A DNA stretch of 64,000 nucleotides from NCBI GenBank assembly GCA_032128875.1, contig JAVLKG010000001.1, positions 985,453 through 1,049,452 on the forward strand. Reading direction: 5' to 3'. Shown here in pieces: positions 47,371-56,144 of this stretch; the stretch's first letter is position 1; the number at the start of each line of letters is the position of its first letter. The notes under the pieces were generated by a model. The model saw only the letters and a program-made list of their open reading frames with translations, did no database searches and was not told the DNA's origin. Source of the stretch: Candidatus Melainabacteria bacterium 17Bon1m (GTDB taxonomy: Bacteria; Cyanobacteriota; Vampirovibrionia; Obscuribacterales; Obscuribacteraceae). The position numbers were made by a program, and so were the translations under genes.

Positions 47371-48042
47371 TTAATATTTGATGCCCAAACTTTCGAATGG
47401 CTCTGTCAAATCCGTAGGTAGGGGCGCGTGAATCGTTATGCTTTCATCGTACACATTGCGGAGCGTTAGCTCAAGTGCGTGCAGTGCCATGCGGTTGAGC
47501 CCGTGAGTCTCCCGGAAAAAACGGTTGACGTCGCCCTTTCCATATCGAACATCACCGACAATTGGATGACTCAAGTGTTTCAAATGTCGGCGAATTTGAT
47601 GCAGTCTGCCGGTTTTTGGACGGGCTTCAACTAATGACCAGCGGTCTTTGTGTGCGATGGGAATGAACTCAGTAATTGCCGGCACGCGGACGTGATACTT
47701 CTCTTTTGGAATGGGATGGTCGAGCAGGCAACCTTCTTTCATTGGTCCGCGAACAAGTGCCAAATAGCGTTTTTGAAACCCGCCTTCTTCCATTTGCTTT
47801 TGCAAATTTCTTGCGGTGTCTGCATCCAGAGCGAATAAGAGCACTCCGCTCGTGGCACGATCTAATCGATGTGCTGCGAAAACCTGAGCATGCACAATGT
47901 CGTCGCGAACAATGTCTGATGCAGTAATTGGATCATTGTCCCACCCTCGATGCACGATCATGCCAGAAGGCTTAGAGACCGCGATCATGTGTTCGTCACG
48001 GTACAGCACTGGCAATTCTGGTCGGGGTTCCAGCTCTTTCAT
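47371..48042 (-). CDS. RluA/TruC-family pseudouridine synthase
   Basis: KPSGMIVH, HRLDRATSG (catalytic Asp), TGRLHQIRRH, HPIVGDVRYG. Confidence 0.93.
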   Translation of the reverse strand: MKELEPRPELPVLYRDEHMIAVSKPSGMIVHRGWDNDPITASDIVRDDIVHAQVFAAHRLDRATSGVLLFALDADTARNLQKQMEEGGFQKRYLALVRGPMKEGCLLDHPIPKEKYHVRVPAITEFIPIAHKDRWSLVEARPKTGRLHQIRRHLKHLSHPIVGDVRYGKGDVNRFFRETHGLNRMALHALELTLRNVYDESITIHAPLPTDLTEPFESLGIKY

Positions 48043-48089
48043 GTCGTGGGGTTTAAACCAGTTGTACGTTTTCTTCTATTCATCTGCTG

Positions 48090-49424
48090 TTAGTGACCGG
48101 CACCACCTGCAGTTTCAACAACCTCGCCCGAGTCTTCGACTCGCGCAACCAAAAGGGCTGCCACAAGCATTGATGCGCCACCGAGCATAACAACATATAG
48201 GGGGTTGTTGTGAAATACATGTTTTACCAATGGCTGGAAAGTCACCGACGCTAGAATTTCAGGAATGACGATGAAGAAATTGAAGACTCCCATGTATACG
48301 CCAGTGCGCGCTGCCGGAATAGCGGCAGAAAGGATTGCGTAAGGCATTGCCAAAATTGACGCCCAGGCGATTCCGACACCAATCATGGTGAACTGAAGAG
48401 TGTTGGCATCTTGAATGAAATAGACGGATAGTAAGCTTAAGCCACCTAATGCAAGCGCCACTCCGTGTATGAGCTTGCGACTAAATTTCTTTGCAAGCTT
48501 TGGCAACATGAATGCGACGAGAAAACAAACGATCGAATAAACGGCGAAGCACCAGCCTGACCATTCAGTTGCTTTGTCGAACAATTCAGAACTGGGACCA
48601 GGCGCTTTGAACACGTGATAAGCCGTCGTTAGTCCGAAGAACATCCACATGCAGAAGAGCCCGAGCCACGTGAAAATTTGCACTACGGCTAGCTGCTTCA
48701 TGGTCTTAGGCATTTCGCGAACAGCCTCGGGGATTTCTTGGAATACTTCCCTCAGCAATCCTAGAAAGCCCGGATTCTGAGCGCGATGTTTTTCAAACGC
48801 TTCCATGTCTTCAGGTGGATATTCGTTTGAGAGAAACACCGTCCAAAGGACGCACAGCAAGAACATTGCTGCGCCGATTTTGAATGAATATTGAACGGTC
48901 AAGGGAACGCCGTTGGGTGCAAGACCGGTCACGCCGAAGTTTCTAAACAACATCGGGAGGGCATTAGCCATGGTGGCACCGATGCCGATGAAAAAGCTCT
49001 GCATGATGAAGCCGGTCGTTCGTTGCTCATGGTTCAACTTGTCCGCGACGAACGCGCGGAAAGGTTCCATGCTTATGTTGATTGATGCATCGAGTATCCA
49101 GAGAAGCGTGGCAGCCAACCACAGCGCGGAGCTGTCAGGCATAAGGAAAAGCGCAACGGAAGCAAGAATTGCTCCGACAAGAAAATACGGACGGCGTCGC
49201 CCCAGCTTGCCCCAAGTTCTGTCGCTCATAGCGCCAATAATTGGCTGGACCAATAAACCAGTTACCGGTCCAGCTAACCACAAAATTGGAATGTGTTCGG
49301 GATCAGCACCAAGCTTGGTGTATATGGCGCTCATGTTTGCCAATTGCAAACCCCAACCGAACTGAATTCCGAGAAATCCGAAATTCATATTCCAGATTTG
49401 ACGGAAGCTCAGCCGCGGCTTCAT
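48090..49424 (-). CDS. MFS sugar transporter (maltose/sucrose-type)
   Basis: WNMNFGFLGIQFGWGLQ, SDRTWGKLGRRRPY, YMGVFNFFIVIPE. Confidence 0.9.
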   Translation of the reverse strand: MKPRLSFRQIWNMNFGFLGIQFGWGLQLANMSAIYTKLGADPEHIPILWLAGPVTGLLVQPIIGAMSDRTWGKLGRRRPYFLVGAILASVALFLMPDSSALWLAATLLWILDASINISMEPFRAFVADKLNHEQRTTGFIMQSFFIGIGATMANALPMLFRNFGVTGLAPNGVPLTVQYSFKIGAAMFLLCVLWTVFLSNEYPPEDMEAFEKHRAQNPGFLGLLREVFQEIPEAVREMPKTMKQLAVVQIFTWLGLFCMWMFFGLTTAYHVFKAPGPSSELFDKATEWSGWCFAVYSIVCFLVAFMLPKLAKKFSRKLIHGVALALGGLSLLSVYFIQDANTLQFTMIGVGIAWASILAMPYAILSAAIPAARTGVYMGVFNFFIVIPEILASVTFQPLVKHVFHNNPLYVVMLGGASMLVAALLVARVEDSGEVVETAGGAGH

Positions 49425-49425
49425 C

Positions 49426-50013
49426 TTACTTCGCCAAGGGTGGCTGAATCAGCCTGTCGAGCACATGCAACGTGCCGTTGGTACACGGAATATCAATCAC
49501 TTTCATCAGTGACTTGTCGGCGTAATAATCTCCACCTGGGTTGGAGATGCTTACGCTGTGCCCTTCATGTGTTTTTACTGTGCCCATCTTTGCGAGATCG
49601 GCGGCACTGTAATTGCCATCGATGATGCAATATTCCAAAACCTGACGCAGTTTTTTCTTGTTGTCGAACAATTGGGATAGATCGTCTTGCGGATAACGTT
49701 TAAACGCGTCATCGCTTGGTGCCAGGAAAGTAAAGGGTCCGCCGCCCTTCAATACTTTGTCGAGTTCGAACGCCTGGGTCAAACCATCACGCAAGGTCAT
49801 GAAGCGCGTCACTTCGTTTTCCTTGAGTGTATTGATGATGTCTAACTTCTTGCGCTCGAATCCTTCCTTTTCACTGTATTTCGTTGTCTTGGCGGCAATT
49901 TTGACCCGGTCTGCCTTGTCAGAAGAGGTTTTTGCATCTACCGCGTTGATTCCGCTGGCAACTCCAAGAAATAGTGCCAGCGCTGTGGCTACCGAGTTCC
50001 GAACCTTGGACAT
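49426..50013 (-). CDS. fasciclin (FAS1) domain protein
   Basis: GPFTFLAPSDDAF, DIPCTNGTLHVLDRLI; signal peptide. Confidence 0.9.
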   Translation of the reverse strand: MSKVRNSVATALALFLGVASGINAVDAKTSSDKADRVKIAAKTTKYSEKEGFERKKLDIINTLKENEVTRFMTLRDGLTQAFELDKVLKGGGPFTFLAPSDDAFKRYPQDDLSQLFDNKKKLRQVLEYCIIDGNYSAADLAKMGTVKTHEGHSVSISNPGGDYYADKSLMKVIDIPCTNGTLHVLDRLIQPPLAK

Positions 50014-50087
50014 TGTGCGACCCCCATGAAGTCCAGTGAGTAAGGCTTAGATTCTAACCCTTTGAAAACTTCCAAGCGTTAAATGAA

Positions 50088-50148
50088 AGGACGACGCTTG
50101 GCGCCGCCCTGTTCAGTTGATATGTAGGAGCGATGCCGTGTATCGCCC
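50088..50148. repeat. REP-like palindromes
   Basis: AGGACGACGCTTGGCGCCGCCCTG and GTAGGAGCGATGCCGTGTATCGCCC (50124-50148). Confidence 0.55.
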
Positions 50149-50189
50149 GGTTCAAATTTCGAATCTATCTTGAAAACAAAGTGCCCGTA

Positions 50190-50657
50190 CTACTCAGGCC
50201 ACTTAATTGGGTCCATGTTGGGGATGCCGTCTTCAAACGTGTGTTGTCTCAGCGAATTTTCGCGGACCTGAATGCAAATGGAGACCATCGGTTCTTCACC
50301 TGTGTTGCGCCATGTTCTCAATCCGTTCGGCGCGATACGCACAATTGAGCCTTCGCACACATCAATCACTTCGTGATCGACCTGCATTTGACCTTTGCCT
50401 TTGATAAAAATGTAGACTTCTTCATTTTCTTTGTGCTGGTGGGAGAAAGGCATGGCGCCACCGACCGGCAAGGAATTGATGGAGATTTCGCAACCGGTGA
50501 AATCCAAATGGTCTTTGAGGAAATGCTTTCCTTTGATTTCTCCACGTCTTGGGTGATTCATCTTGTGCTCAGCCCACTCTGCAAGAGAGCCGCCATTGTA
50601 ATGCGAGTAATTTGTGCCCCGCTTTGTCTCATTATTCATTGTCTTTGTCTCTGACAT
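50190..50657 (-). CDS. cupin domain protein
   Basis: PFSHQHKENEEVYIFIKGKG..EGSIVRIAP. Confidence 0.88.
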   Translation of the reverse strand: MSETKTMNNETKRGTNYSHYNGGSLAEWAEHKMNHPRRGEIKGKHFLKDHLDFTGCEISINSLPVGGAMPFSHQHKENEEVYIFIKGKGQMQVDHEVIDVCEGSIVRIAPNGLRTWRNTGEEPMVSICIQVRENSLRQHTFEDGIPNMDPIKWPE

Positions 50658-50774
50658 TTTTCGCTCCTTTGATTTGATAGCACGCTCGTTGCTTTGCTAA
50701 ATCTGCGTATGCGTTCGCCGTCTGTGCACATGCACAGAGCGACTTGTATTTAGTACTGCGGGCGATGCCCCAAG

Positions 50775-50861
50775 TTGTTTAACGAACTGACTGGAATTGC
50801 TTTACGCGTTGACTTGACTTGTTTTACGAACTGACTTGATTTGTTTTACGAACTGACTTGA
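50775..50861. repeat. four 22-bp tandem repeats
   Basis: Consensus TTGTTTTACGAACTGACTTGA(N) at 50775, 50797, 50819 and 50841. Confidence 0.8.
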
Positions 50862-51442
50862 ATCGCTGTGATTTGATTGCGCAGGCTGGTGGCAACAGAG
50901 TGCATGTATGTTAGATCCGAATACAGCCTCGTCAACATGATGCCACCTTCAAGAGTGGCTATGAATGATCGGGCTACTTGCTGCGCATCTGTTGATGGTT
51001 TGATATCGCCTTCGCTGATGCCATTCTCTATCAACTTTTCTACTGTTCCAAGGACTGAATCCATCGCCTTTTGAACGCGGATTTTCATCTCCGGATGCCC
51101 ATCGTCACACTCTACAGCGCTGTTTAACAACGGGCAGCCCCCAGTAACCGGCGGGTCTGATGCGACACTCATGAATGCATCTACAAATGCCATCAGCTTG
51201 TCGATTGCCCTCTCTTTCATATTTAGATGGCGCGTGACTTCGGCAGAGCTTACTTGAAATGCGAAATCAAATGCTTCGAGAGCCAGTTGGTCTTTGCTCG
51301 GAAAGTGGTTGTAAATTCCTCCCTTTTCCAAACCTGTTGCGTTCATCACGTCAGACATGGACGCGCCAAAGTAGCCACGGCTGTTGAATAGAGCCGCTGC
51401 CTTACCCAAGATCATGTCGCGGGTGACTTTACCTTTGCCCAT
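50846..51442 (-). CDS. TetR/AcrR-family transcriptional regulator
   Basis: ILGKAAALFNSRGY..ATGLEKGGIYNHFPSKDQL; GGCPLLN. Confidence 0.93.
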   Translation of the reverse strand: MGKGKVTRDMILGKAAALFNSRGYFGASMSDVMNATGLEKGGIYNHFPSKDQLALEAFDFAFQVSSAEVTRHLNMKERAIDKLMAFVDAFMSVASDPPVTGGCPLLNSAVECDDGHPEMKIRVQKAMDSVLGTVEKLIENGISEGDIKPSTDAQQVARSFIATLEGGIMLTRLYSDLTYMHSVATSLRNQITAIQVSS

Positions 51443-51454
51443 ATTTCTCAAAAT

Positions 51455-51470
51455 CGGACCGAACGGTCTG
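51455..51470. promoter_or_regulatory. putative TetR operator
   Basis: GACCG-aa-CGGTC palindrome about 15 bp upstream of the TetR start. Confidence 0.55.
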
Positions 51471-51517
51471 AAATATACTCCCCGGCTTTGTGTCTGTCAA
51501 GCAAATCCGCAACAGCT

Positions 51518-54283
51518 TTATTGGGCTTGCTTTGCCGGCTCTGGGGTGGCTGGACGAACGCGCGCCAGGATTTCGGCGAACTGCTGTTGTGCGACTTCAC
51601 TTGCCAAAACATCCGACATGCGCAAGAAAGTCAGTCCGTTATAGAAGCCGTCGTTGGGGTTGTCGCCCCATCCCTTTAAGAGTCGAGCCATTCTTTCCCA
51701 AGCGGCTTTGTCGTAAAGGGTTCCTGCCAGGGCGTTTTCGCCTTTGATAATCAGACCCTGATTGTTGGCTTCCTTGCCGACCCATTTTGCCAATGAGTTC
51801 GGCAGTGACTGGGCGATAGCGCCGTCCTGTCCGTCAGGCAATTCGAGAGCTGTGAAATGTGGCACGACCCGTGAGAACGGGCTCTTGGTCTGGAGGTCTT
51901 TGAATACACTGAGCAGTGGTCTGTAGCCGTAGCCGCCTGCTTCGTTCCAGTCTTCTGTTCCGGTCGAGATTAGTCCGGCGGAAAGTTCTGCTTGCCGCCC
52001 GGTGAAGACGATATTGCCGTTTTCCCAATAACCCATACGCCAGTGTACGCCTGGGATCTTCGCACCGAGGTCGATGCCTGCGAATGCCGAACCTTTGGAA
52101 CCAAACACGTCGAGGGCTGAAGAAAGTACCTGGTTGCCGTGTTGTTGCAACGACTTGCTGTACCAGTCGAAGAAGTCTTTGCCATATTGCGTGTTGCGGT
52201 AGTCACCGCTTGCATAGAAGTCTTCAGCGTTTTTCGGCGGTTCGATCGCAGTGCCGTACTTCTCTCCCCATGCTTGTTTTGCTGCTTCTTCGGAGCCGTA
52301 TTTTTCAATTGCGAATGTTTTCAACGACTCGCGGGCGAGGTCAGAATAGGCTTGTAGCGAGCCTCTTGTCGGCCAGCCGCTGCCTTGATCGTGGTAGTTG
52401 TATGACGGATACCGCAACTCGCCTGCAGGTCCGAGGCTGACGTTGATTTCGGCGATGATCGGAGCTTTTCCGGCAAAATGATTTTGGAATTCGGTAAACA
52501 CGTTGCGGTAAAACGGCAGAGCATGTTTCGTTGCCCAAAAGTCTACATACTCGCTGCTTACGTTGCCTTGTTCACTCTTAAACTTGCCGACATCCGGGTT
52601 GGATGAACCGATGCTTGATTGGAGCTTGCTCCAGATCCACATCGGAATCGGAACATTGGCGGTATCTCCGACGTTGCCTCCGCATTCGTGCAACGACAAA
52701 ATCGGCACCCACTTAAGTCCTTGCGATGCAATTTTTGAAGAGAGAATGTCGTAATACTTGAATTGAAATTGTCCCGGCTTTGGCTCGACGGCGCCCCACC
52801 AGACATCGGTGCTCACTGCGTCGGCGCTCAGTTTTTTGGCTCGCGCTAATTCGCCGTCATAGTTATTCCATGCATCTTTGTATTTCGGATTTTCGGGGTC
52901 ATGCACACTGCCGATTTCTAGCGGGCCCATCACGTTCATCGTGATCATGTGTCCGTCGAGGCGGACGATCTTGCCGATCGGATTGTAGTTGCGGTGCTCC
53001 CAAGGCGTCTTGCCTGTGGCGAGTTTTATCCTTCCGGCTTCGCTTGTTTCAAGCCAAATTGTGCCTTTGGCTGTGGGGAAAACATGCTTTGCTCTCTCGG
53101 CGGCAGTCAGTTTTTCAGGAAAACAGGTGGCGAGTATGTCGGCGGCATTAGCGGCTGGACGAATTCCTGGCTGTCCTTCTCCAAATCTTTGAACGAAGAG
53201 GCTCTTTATGTCGCCAAATTTTTCAACACCAAGTACTCTTTTCACTTCCCTGACATTGAGAGTCGCTTCTCCCTCGTGTCTGGCGGTGAACTTGTCCAGC
53301 GCTTCTTTTCCATCAACGACGACGAACTCACGAGCCTGCGTGGTGCGTCCAATGTGCCAACGCTCCAACGCGTTGGAAACCTTCTCTGCCGGCTTGGCGA
53401 GCACTCTTTCGACGTTCGCGTGTGCTTGGCTTGAGGAAAACTTTAGACCTGCACCGGCTCCGAGTACACCAACACCACCGTCGATTACCCCTTTCTCTAC
53501 AACCTTCGTCCAGTCAATCGGCTTGCCTTCGGCCTGCTGGCGCATGATTTCGCCGCTGCCGCCGTTAACCATACCGAAGCTGCCGCCCATGACCATGCCG
53601 GACGCCAGGGGATTTTGGACGAGGCGCCCACCCATGGCTTTGTTGACGCCATAGAAGGTACCTTCTGCAGCGCCAAATACTGCGGCATCGAAGAGCCAGG
53701 CTTGCGGGTTGATTGTCTCTGCCTTGAGGCGTTCGGCCTGCTTCAGCGGGTCGGTAAATGTTTGGCGATCGAAAACTATATCTGCATCCCGAGCGGCTAT
53801 GCCCATGAAGACGCCTTTGGTTGGTGCAAAGCTATAGTTTCGAGACACTGCTCCGAAAAGCATTTTGATTGACTGTCCCTTGACCGCACCCAATGTGAAA
53901 TCGGCGGCTCGCTGCATGGGCGTGTCGTCCGGACTGGCCTTATCGAGCCCGTAGGTTACAAGAGTGGTTGCAACGCCGATTTTGCCACGTGAGAAGAGCG
54001 CCGCGGTCTTCAAAAACTCTGTGCCAAGGTGGTCGTATTCTTTGCGCTGTGCCTCGTCTTTAACCGCAATGGAAAGAGCGCTGTCGACGGCATTTTCCAG
54101 ATAGCTATGTCTGGGTTTTGGTGCTGGGTTTGCCTTGATGTAGAGGTCTGAAGCTTCGGCCAAATGCGCGTACATGATGGCAGAAACGTTCTGATTCGCC
54201 GCATCCAGCGCTTGATTCTGCGCCCCTTCCGGGGGCCGATTTTGCTCGACTGTCTTACCCTTTGCGGGCAGAATCTCAGGCAT
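51518..54283 (-). CDS. beta-amylase (GH14) domain fused to a long unknown N-terminal region
   Basis: STDVWWGAVE, HECGGNVGD, LGPAGELRYPSY, GAKIPGVHW, FTALE, GENAL; start taken as ATG 54283 (ORF is open to 54433). Confidence 0.88.
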   Translation of the reverse strand: MPEILPAKGKTVEQNRPPEGAQNQALDAANQNVSAIMYAHLAEASDLYIKANPAPKPRHSYLENAVDSALSIAVKDEAQRKEYDHLGTEFLKTAALFSRGKIGVATTLVTYGLDKASPDDTPMQRAADFTLGAVKGQSIKMLFGAVSRNYSFAPTKGVFMGIAARDADIVFDRQTFTDPLKQAERLKAETINPQAWLFDAAVFGAAEGTFYGVNKAMGGRLVQNPLASGMVMGGSFGMVNGGSGEIMRQQAEGKPIDWTKVVEKGVIDGGVGVLGAGAGLKFSSSQAHANVERVLAKPAEKVSNALERWHIGRTTQAREFVVVDGKEALDKFTARHEGEATLNVREVKRVLGVEKFGDIKSLFVQRFGEGQPGIRPAANAADILATCFPEKLTAAERAKHVFPTAKGTIWLETSEAGRIKLATGKTPWEHRNYNPIGKIVRLDGHMITMNVMGPLEIGSVHDPENPKYKDAWNNYDGELARAKKLSADAVSTDVWWGAVEPKPGQFQFKYYDILSSKIASQGLKWVPILSLHECGGNVGDTANVPIPMWIWSKLQSSIGSSNPDVGKFKSEQGNVSSEYVDFWATKHALPFYRNVFTEFQNHFAGKAPIIAEINVSLGPAGELRYPSYNYHDQGSGWPTRGSLQAYSDLARESLKTFAIEKYGSEEAAKQAWGEKYGTAIEPPKNAEDFYASGDYRNTQYGKDFFDWYSKSLQQHGNQVLSSALDVFGSKGSAFAGIDLGAKIPGVHWRMGYWENGNIVFTGRQAELSAGLISTGTEDWNEAGGYGYRPLLSVFKDLQTKSPFSRVVPHFTALELPDGQDGAIAQSLPNSLAKWVGKEANNQGLIIKGENALAGTLYDKAAWERMARLLKGWGDNPNDGFYNGLTFLRMSDVLASEVAQQQFAEILARVRPATPEPAKQAQ

Positions 54284-54438
54284 TATTATTTCGCGCGACA
54301 AGAGAGAACCAGATTCTCTTATGTAATTGTTTTTGCTCTCAGATCTCAATGGGGAAAGTCCCAAAAGCAAGCAGATTGCTATGGGAAACATACGCGCGCC
54401 ATTTAATCTAAGGCGAACTCGTTTTCGAATCATGGCTC

Positions 54439-55671
54439 TTATGTTTCTTTGAGCGGGTCGTATTCGTCTGCGGACAAACCGAAGGTCCAGGCTACGCCCT
54501 CGCGAGCGGTTTTGGTGTCGGGCGGAACGCGCAAGAAATAGTTGTTGTAAGTCCCGTCAGGCTCGGGAGTTGAATTGACTACATGCACAATGACTATGTC
54601 TTCGTGATTGTCGCCGAAATGCTGACGATAGAGGACTCCGCTCTTGTCTTGCTGAACGACTTGCGCCCCAGAGTCTTTGATAAAGGCTTCCAAACCGTAC
54701 ATCTCAAGCATCATTCGACGAATCTCGACGTTAGGCTCATAAAAAATAAGCGTCACGTCTTTCTTGATGCCAAACTCTAAGAACCGCTCAGGAACGAATG
54801 TTCCGTGCCATGCAAAAGTTTCCCACCCGTCTTGATACTTTATCGCGCCGCCAATGGTATTGTGCAAGAGCCCCTCGCGATCAACGCTGACGCGATTTGG
54901 TCTGTCTATCATCAAGCACACATCTTCAAACGGCCACCATATATGCCCGAAGCGCGCTAGATGGAAATACGGCATGATTTCCGGCACTCTAAAGCCTGCT
55001 GCACCAGTTATGTCGTAAAAGGGCAACTCGGCGTCTAAGTTGCCATATCCGGCAGACGCAAATTGTCCCATCGCAGAAATAGCCAATCCGCAGGTTAGCG
55101 GACGGTCGTCGAATTCTTCGAACGGCTTTGTATATTCTTCAGGCAAAACATAAGTCAGCTTGTTTATCAACATGGTCAAAAGCGCTGGTGGTGCCAATTG
55201 GCCCCACACAAGCTCGAGGTTGATATTCTCCACGCCGGGTCCGACGTGCCCGACAAAACTAGCAAGAACAGCCTGGCGTATTTGATGCGGCAGAGTTGCG
55301 AACGAACGTCTGAGTGCGGGCGTCAGTTTGTTTTGGATTGTCGTCCACCACTGTTTGTCGCCCTTGTCCTCGATCAGTTTCCAGAGTTTTGCACTGCATT
55401 GGTTTCTAAAATTGGTGACTACCTGCTTGTGAACACTGTTAGTACCCTTTGAGACCAATGCAGCCGAAACGGCACCGTGAAATGGCGAATCGAACCACAC
55501 GAAATAGCGCGGAGGTTTTAAGCCGGCGTTTGAGTAAATGTTACAGACTGCTTCCTCAGCCTTGCGCCGGTCGCAAGGCGAAATATTAAACGCCACCGCC
55601 TTGGAGCGTTCTACTACTTTCTTTACCGCCTCATCAGCGTTCTGACCAACTTCGAACTGGGTCGAGGACAT
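54439..55671 (-). CDS. DUF6745 domain protein
   Basis: WWPFEDVCLMIDRP..LHNTIGGAIKYQDGW..WHG..NVEIRR..VVNSTPEPDG..YFLRVPP..AREGVAWTFG. Confidence 0.8.
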   Translation of the reverse strand: MSSTQFEVGQNADEAVKKVVERSKAVAFNISPCDRRKAEEAVCNIYSNAGLKPPRYFVWFDSPFHGAVSAALVSKGTNSVHKQVVTNFRNQCSAKLWKLIEDKGDKQWWTTIQNKLTPALRRSFATLPHQIRQAVLASFVGHVGPGVENINLELVWGQLAPPALLTMLINKLTYVLPEEYTKPFEEFDDRPLTCGLAISAMGQFASAGYGNLDAELPFYDITGAAGFRVPEIMPYFHLARFGHIWWPFEDVCLMIDRPNRVSVDREGLLHNTIGGAIKYQDGWETFAWHGTFVPERFLEFGIKKDVTLIFYEPNVEIRRMMLEMYGLEAFIKDSGAQVVQQDKSGVLYRQHFGDNHEDIVIVHVVNSTPEPDGTYNNYFLRVPPDTKTAREGVAWTFGLSADEYDPLKET

Positions 55672-55673
55672 AC

Positions 55674-55982
55674 TTAGTCGACTACGAGCCTTGTAGAGCC
55701 AGGGACGTATTCGCGCTGCTGAACAACTCGATATATTCCGGGTTTGAGCGTGATAGCGCTGTGCTCTTCATGTACCAATATGGCGCCGTCAAGAGCTTCA
55801 ATAAATCTCTCCGCTCCATGCTGATACAGCTTTGCAAAACGAGCATCTATGGCGTGCGCGTGTCCCGTGGTTTCGCCCCATGCCAGAACAATTCTCTGTT
55901 CAACCGGTTTCCTCTGGGCGTTTTTTGGCAAAGTCTGAACTCTCGCCAACAAAACGTCTCCCTGTCTGTAGGTTTCAACCAT
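55674..55982 (-). CDS. conserved His-rich small protein (DUF6745 partner)
   Basis: YRQGDVL, LAWGETTGHAH, LVHEEH, PGIYRVVQQREY; ATG 55982. Confidence 0.8.
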   Translation of the reverse strand: MVETYRQGDVLLARVQTLPKNAQRKPVEQRIVLAWGETTGHAHAIDARFAKLYQHGAERFIEALDGAILVHEEHSAITLKPGIYRVVQQREYVPGSTRLVVD

Positions 55983-56144
55983 GTTTCTTCTCCGTTCGGG
56001 CAAAGGGCGCCTCAGCGTTCTTATACCCATTTACTCATATTTTGATGTGTTTTGGGGCAGCAGCCCGGTTCTCAACAGGTTGGCTCAATGCAAGTTGCAC
56101 CTGGCTACGGTAAACTTTGCAGGTTCAGAAAAAGGGGAATTCAA

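Noticed and set aside
50775-50861. Mini-CRISPR or plasmid origin
   Set aside because: The repeats are contiguous without spacers, and no cas or rep gene is nearby.
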